This document shows positions 61,861-64,000 of a stretch of DNA of 64,000 bases, piece after piece; position 1 is the stretch's first letter; every line of letters begins with the position of its first letter. Source of the DNA: Candidatus Poribacteria bacterium (GTDB lineage: Bacteria; Poribacteria; WGA-4E; WGA-3G); the NCBI GenBank assembly GCA_965197475.1, contig CBDANF010000003.1, positions 3,616,001 to 3,680,000 on the forward strand, given 5' to 3'. Both the position numbers and the translations under genes were made by a program. The notes under the pieces are model-generated. The model saw only the letters and a program-made list of their open reading frames with translations. It ran no database searches and was not told where the DNA came from.

Positions 61861-63183
61861 ATGCGCCATCAGAGACTTCCCACCAGACAGAAACGTATCA
61901 AAACACAAAGGTGCCGGACATGCCGTTCTAATAATGGAAAGCGCGCATGTCCGGCTCTCAGTGGCATGATAATTTGCCCGGGATGTTGTAGTGCTAAACG
62001 CGCGAAAATACCTGGATGCGACCATCACTGTAAATATTATAGTCCGCTCATCGTAAGAAGCCGAAAAGTTACCCCTCCCGAATTTCCACTTCACCTTTGC
62101 CTTGTCAGTCGTTCACGAGATACCGGCATGCTCATTGTCGTCGGCACTCGCAAACGACCTGATGGAAATCTAAAAGCGATGTTCCTTCTGCTGGACCTCT
62201 GGAAGAAAGGGGTCCGAGACTGCTTCTACGATGCGAACCTCTCTGAAAAACAGTTTGAACGCGCATGTCAACGGTTCGGAAGTAGTTATATTGAATCGGA
62301 GCAAACACTCCCAGAAGAAGAGAAAGAAAAGGAAGAAGCCGATCAAGAAAAAAGAAAGGAAAGGGATGAATTAATTCGTGTCCCAAGAAACACTCTTATT
62401 ATTGAAGCAGAATCCGCGATACATTTTGATAATAGGGTGAAGATTGTGGAAAACGAAGAAGCATCTAACGGAAAAGCGATTGACAGCGCGAGAGGTGCTC
62501 GCGGCACCTATGAAATCTACATCCCGAAAACCGGTAAATGGTATGTTTGGATCCGCACCCACTATAAAGCGAGCAATCAGGATTCATACTGGATCGGTAT
62601 TGAAGATGCAGAACCATTTCCTTGGGATGAAGAAGGGGGACCCAACGCGATCAAAATTTGGGCAGTACCCGGCGACACCTCCAAATGGAACCGCTGGCTG
62701 TGGGATACCGCAACGCACCCGCTCGATAAATCTATCCCTGGTTACTTCCGCATCAAACGCAAAGGCTACTACCGTCTCTGGTCAAAAGGTAGAGAACCAG
62801 GCGCGTGGTTAGATCAAATTTTGCTCACACGTTCCCGTCGATTCAACCCAGAAACCGCGTCCGAAGGAAAACCGATCCCAGTCCACACAGTACCGCATCC
62901 CTATGAACCGGCAACCTTTGACGAATGCCAAAAATTAATTCGCCATGCAGTTGAGATTTCAAAAGCTGTTGAGACCGAATTTCCATGGGAGTTTAAATAC
63001 TGGCTCCGCGATATCTGGGGTGATATCAGAAGATTTGCCGAACTTGAAGGTTCACTCTACAAATGCCATAAATGTGAAGAAAATTTGCCGGACCAAGCAG
63101 TTGATCTGATCAAACAACACGCCCACTCTGATGACATCCAATTCTATATCTTATGCAGGAAATGTGGTGGTGAATTTGATTGA
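61861..63183 (+). CDS. Cys-rich zinc-binding protein with an inserted carbohydrate-binding-like domain
   Basis: N-terminal CRTC..CPA..ICPGCC..C..C, C-terminal CHKC..CRKC; central IEAE..WYVWIR..DSYW..REPGAWLDQILLT. Confidence 0.6.
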   Translation: MRHQRLPTRQKRIKTQRCRTCRSNNGKRACPALSGMIICPGCCSAKRAKIPGCDHHCKYYSPLIVRSRKVTPPEFPLHLCLVSRSRDTGMLIVVGTRKRPDGNLKAMFLLLDLWKKGVRDCFYDANLSEKQFERACQRFGSSYIESEQTLPEEEKEKEEADQEKRKERDELIRVPRNTLIIEAESAIHFDNRVKIVENEEASNGKAIDSARGARGTYEIYIPKTGKWYVWIRTHYKASNQDSYWIGIEDAEPFPWDEEGGPNAIKIWAVPGDTSKWNRWLWDTATHPLDKSIPGYFRIKRKGYYRLWSKGREPGAWLDQILLTRSRRFNPETASEGKPIPVHTVPHPYEPATFDECQKLIRHAVEISKAVETEFPWEFKYWLRDIWGDIRRFAELEGSLYKCHKCEENLPDQAVDLIKQHAHSDDIQFYILCRKCGGEFD

Positions 63184-64000
63184 CAAGCCCTTTGCATCTC
63201 TGGTGTTTTGCTTGGGGTGTTTCCTCATATTTACAACACTCAGTTTTGCTGCGCCTCCCAATCCCTATCTCTATTTTGACATTGACCCAACTACCGGAGA
63301 ATTGAAGCCAAAGCCCTCCGCTGGACATAATTCTGAACTCGGTGTCTCAAGATACTTACAAGCGTTGGATGGATGCTGCTTAGCAAGAGAGCAGAGCATC
63401 CTACAACCGGATGGTATTGAATATGTCCTCGCTCTTAAAATTGATTTCAGCGACCAACCCGGTAAAAGAACCAGCGCAGAATTCAATGAATATCTGTTTG
63501 CTGAAACAGGGGTTTCCCTAAAAACCTACTTTCGCGAAAACTCATATCACCAGATGGATGTACAGCCGGGACCAGTTGGCGGTGTTCTGCCAGCAGGTAA
63601 CAAATGGATTCGCGCGCAGAAACCGATGCGTTATTATGGGGAAGGAGTGAGAAATGTCACACGTTATCGGGAACTAATTGCTGAGGCGTGTCGCGCTGTA
63701 GACGCAACCGTCGATTTTTCAAAGTACGATCGCGATAAAGACGGAATCGTAGACCACCTTTTTATCATTCATGCAGGCAATGACGAAGCAACCACTGAAG
63801 AGGATGACGATATCTGGTCAATCCTAACACCAAGTGTCAATGTTATTATTGATGGTGTTCGAGTTGATACTGCCATTGTTGTCGCCGAAGAACCGGGCTT
63901 TGATAAACCCCACTTGGGCATCTACTTTCATGAATTCTTCCACGACTTCGGTGCGCCAGATGTCTACGGGTTAAACTTTACAGATGCACGTGATCATAAG
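63170..64000 (+). CDS. M6 family (immune inhibitor A-like) metalloprotease, 3'-truncated by window edge
   Basis: Signal peptide, IDFSD, SLKTYFRENSY, VDFSKYDRDKDGIVDHLFIIHAG, HEFFHDFGAPDVY. Confidence 0.88.
   Translation, partial: MNLIDKPFASLVFCLGCFLIFTTLSFAAPPNPYLYFDIDPTTGELKPKPSAGHNSELGVSRYLQALDGCCLAREQSILQPDGIEYVLALKIDFSDQPGKRTSAEFNEYLFAETGVSLKTYFRENSYHQMDVQPGPVGGVLPAGNKWIRAQKPMRYYGEGVRNVTRYRELIAEACRAVDATVDFSKYDRDKDGIVDHLFIIHAGNDEATTEEDDDIWSILTPSVNVIIDGVRVDTAIVVAEEPGFDKPHLGIYFHEFFHDFGAPDVYGLNFTDARDHK

Overview
Bacterial genomic window whose gene-family mix (LamG proteins with a C-terminal WGxxK tail, PhyH dioxygenases, sulfatase, Gfo/Idh/MocA oxidoreductases, Uma2 nuclease) resembles Candidatus Poribacteria; this taxonomy is an inference. 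Housekeeping genes include aspC, a cysteine desulfurase, metG, an AddB-like nuclease, a superoxide dismutase, ftsH-folP-acpS, yigZ and mqnD. Other notable loci are an ElbD-like FAR/A/ACP/acyltransferase lipid synthase with a HAD phosphatase, a Type IIG-like R-M gene, four IS elements, several REP/MITE repeat families and many frameshifted genes. The best candidate for an undescribed system is a recurring cassette: small Cys-tailed membrane protein -> membrane-anchored protein with a KPPPPGET..GxWxxxxWH motif -> variable secreted Cys-rich protein. It occurs three times. One copy has its secreted gene split by IS630 (removal restores the frame), and another has it reduced to a signal-peptide stub by a tandem duplication. 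No rRNA, tRNA or CRISPR array was seen.
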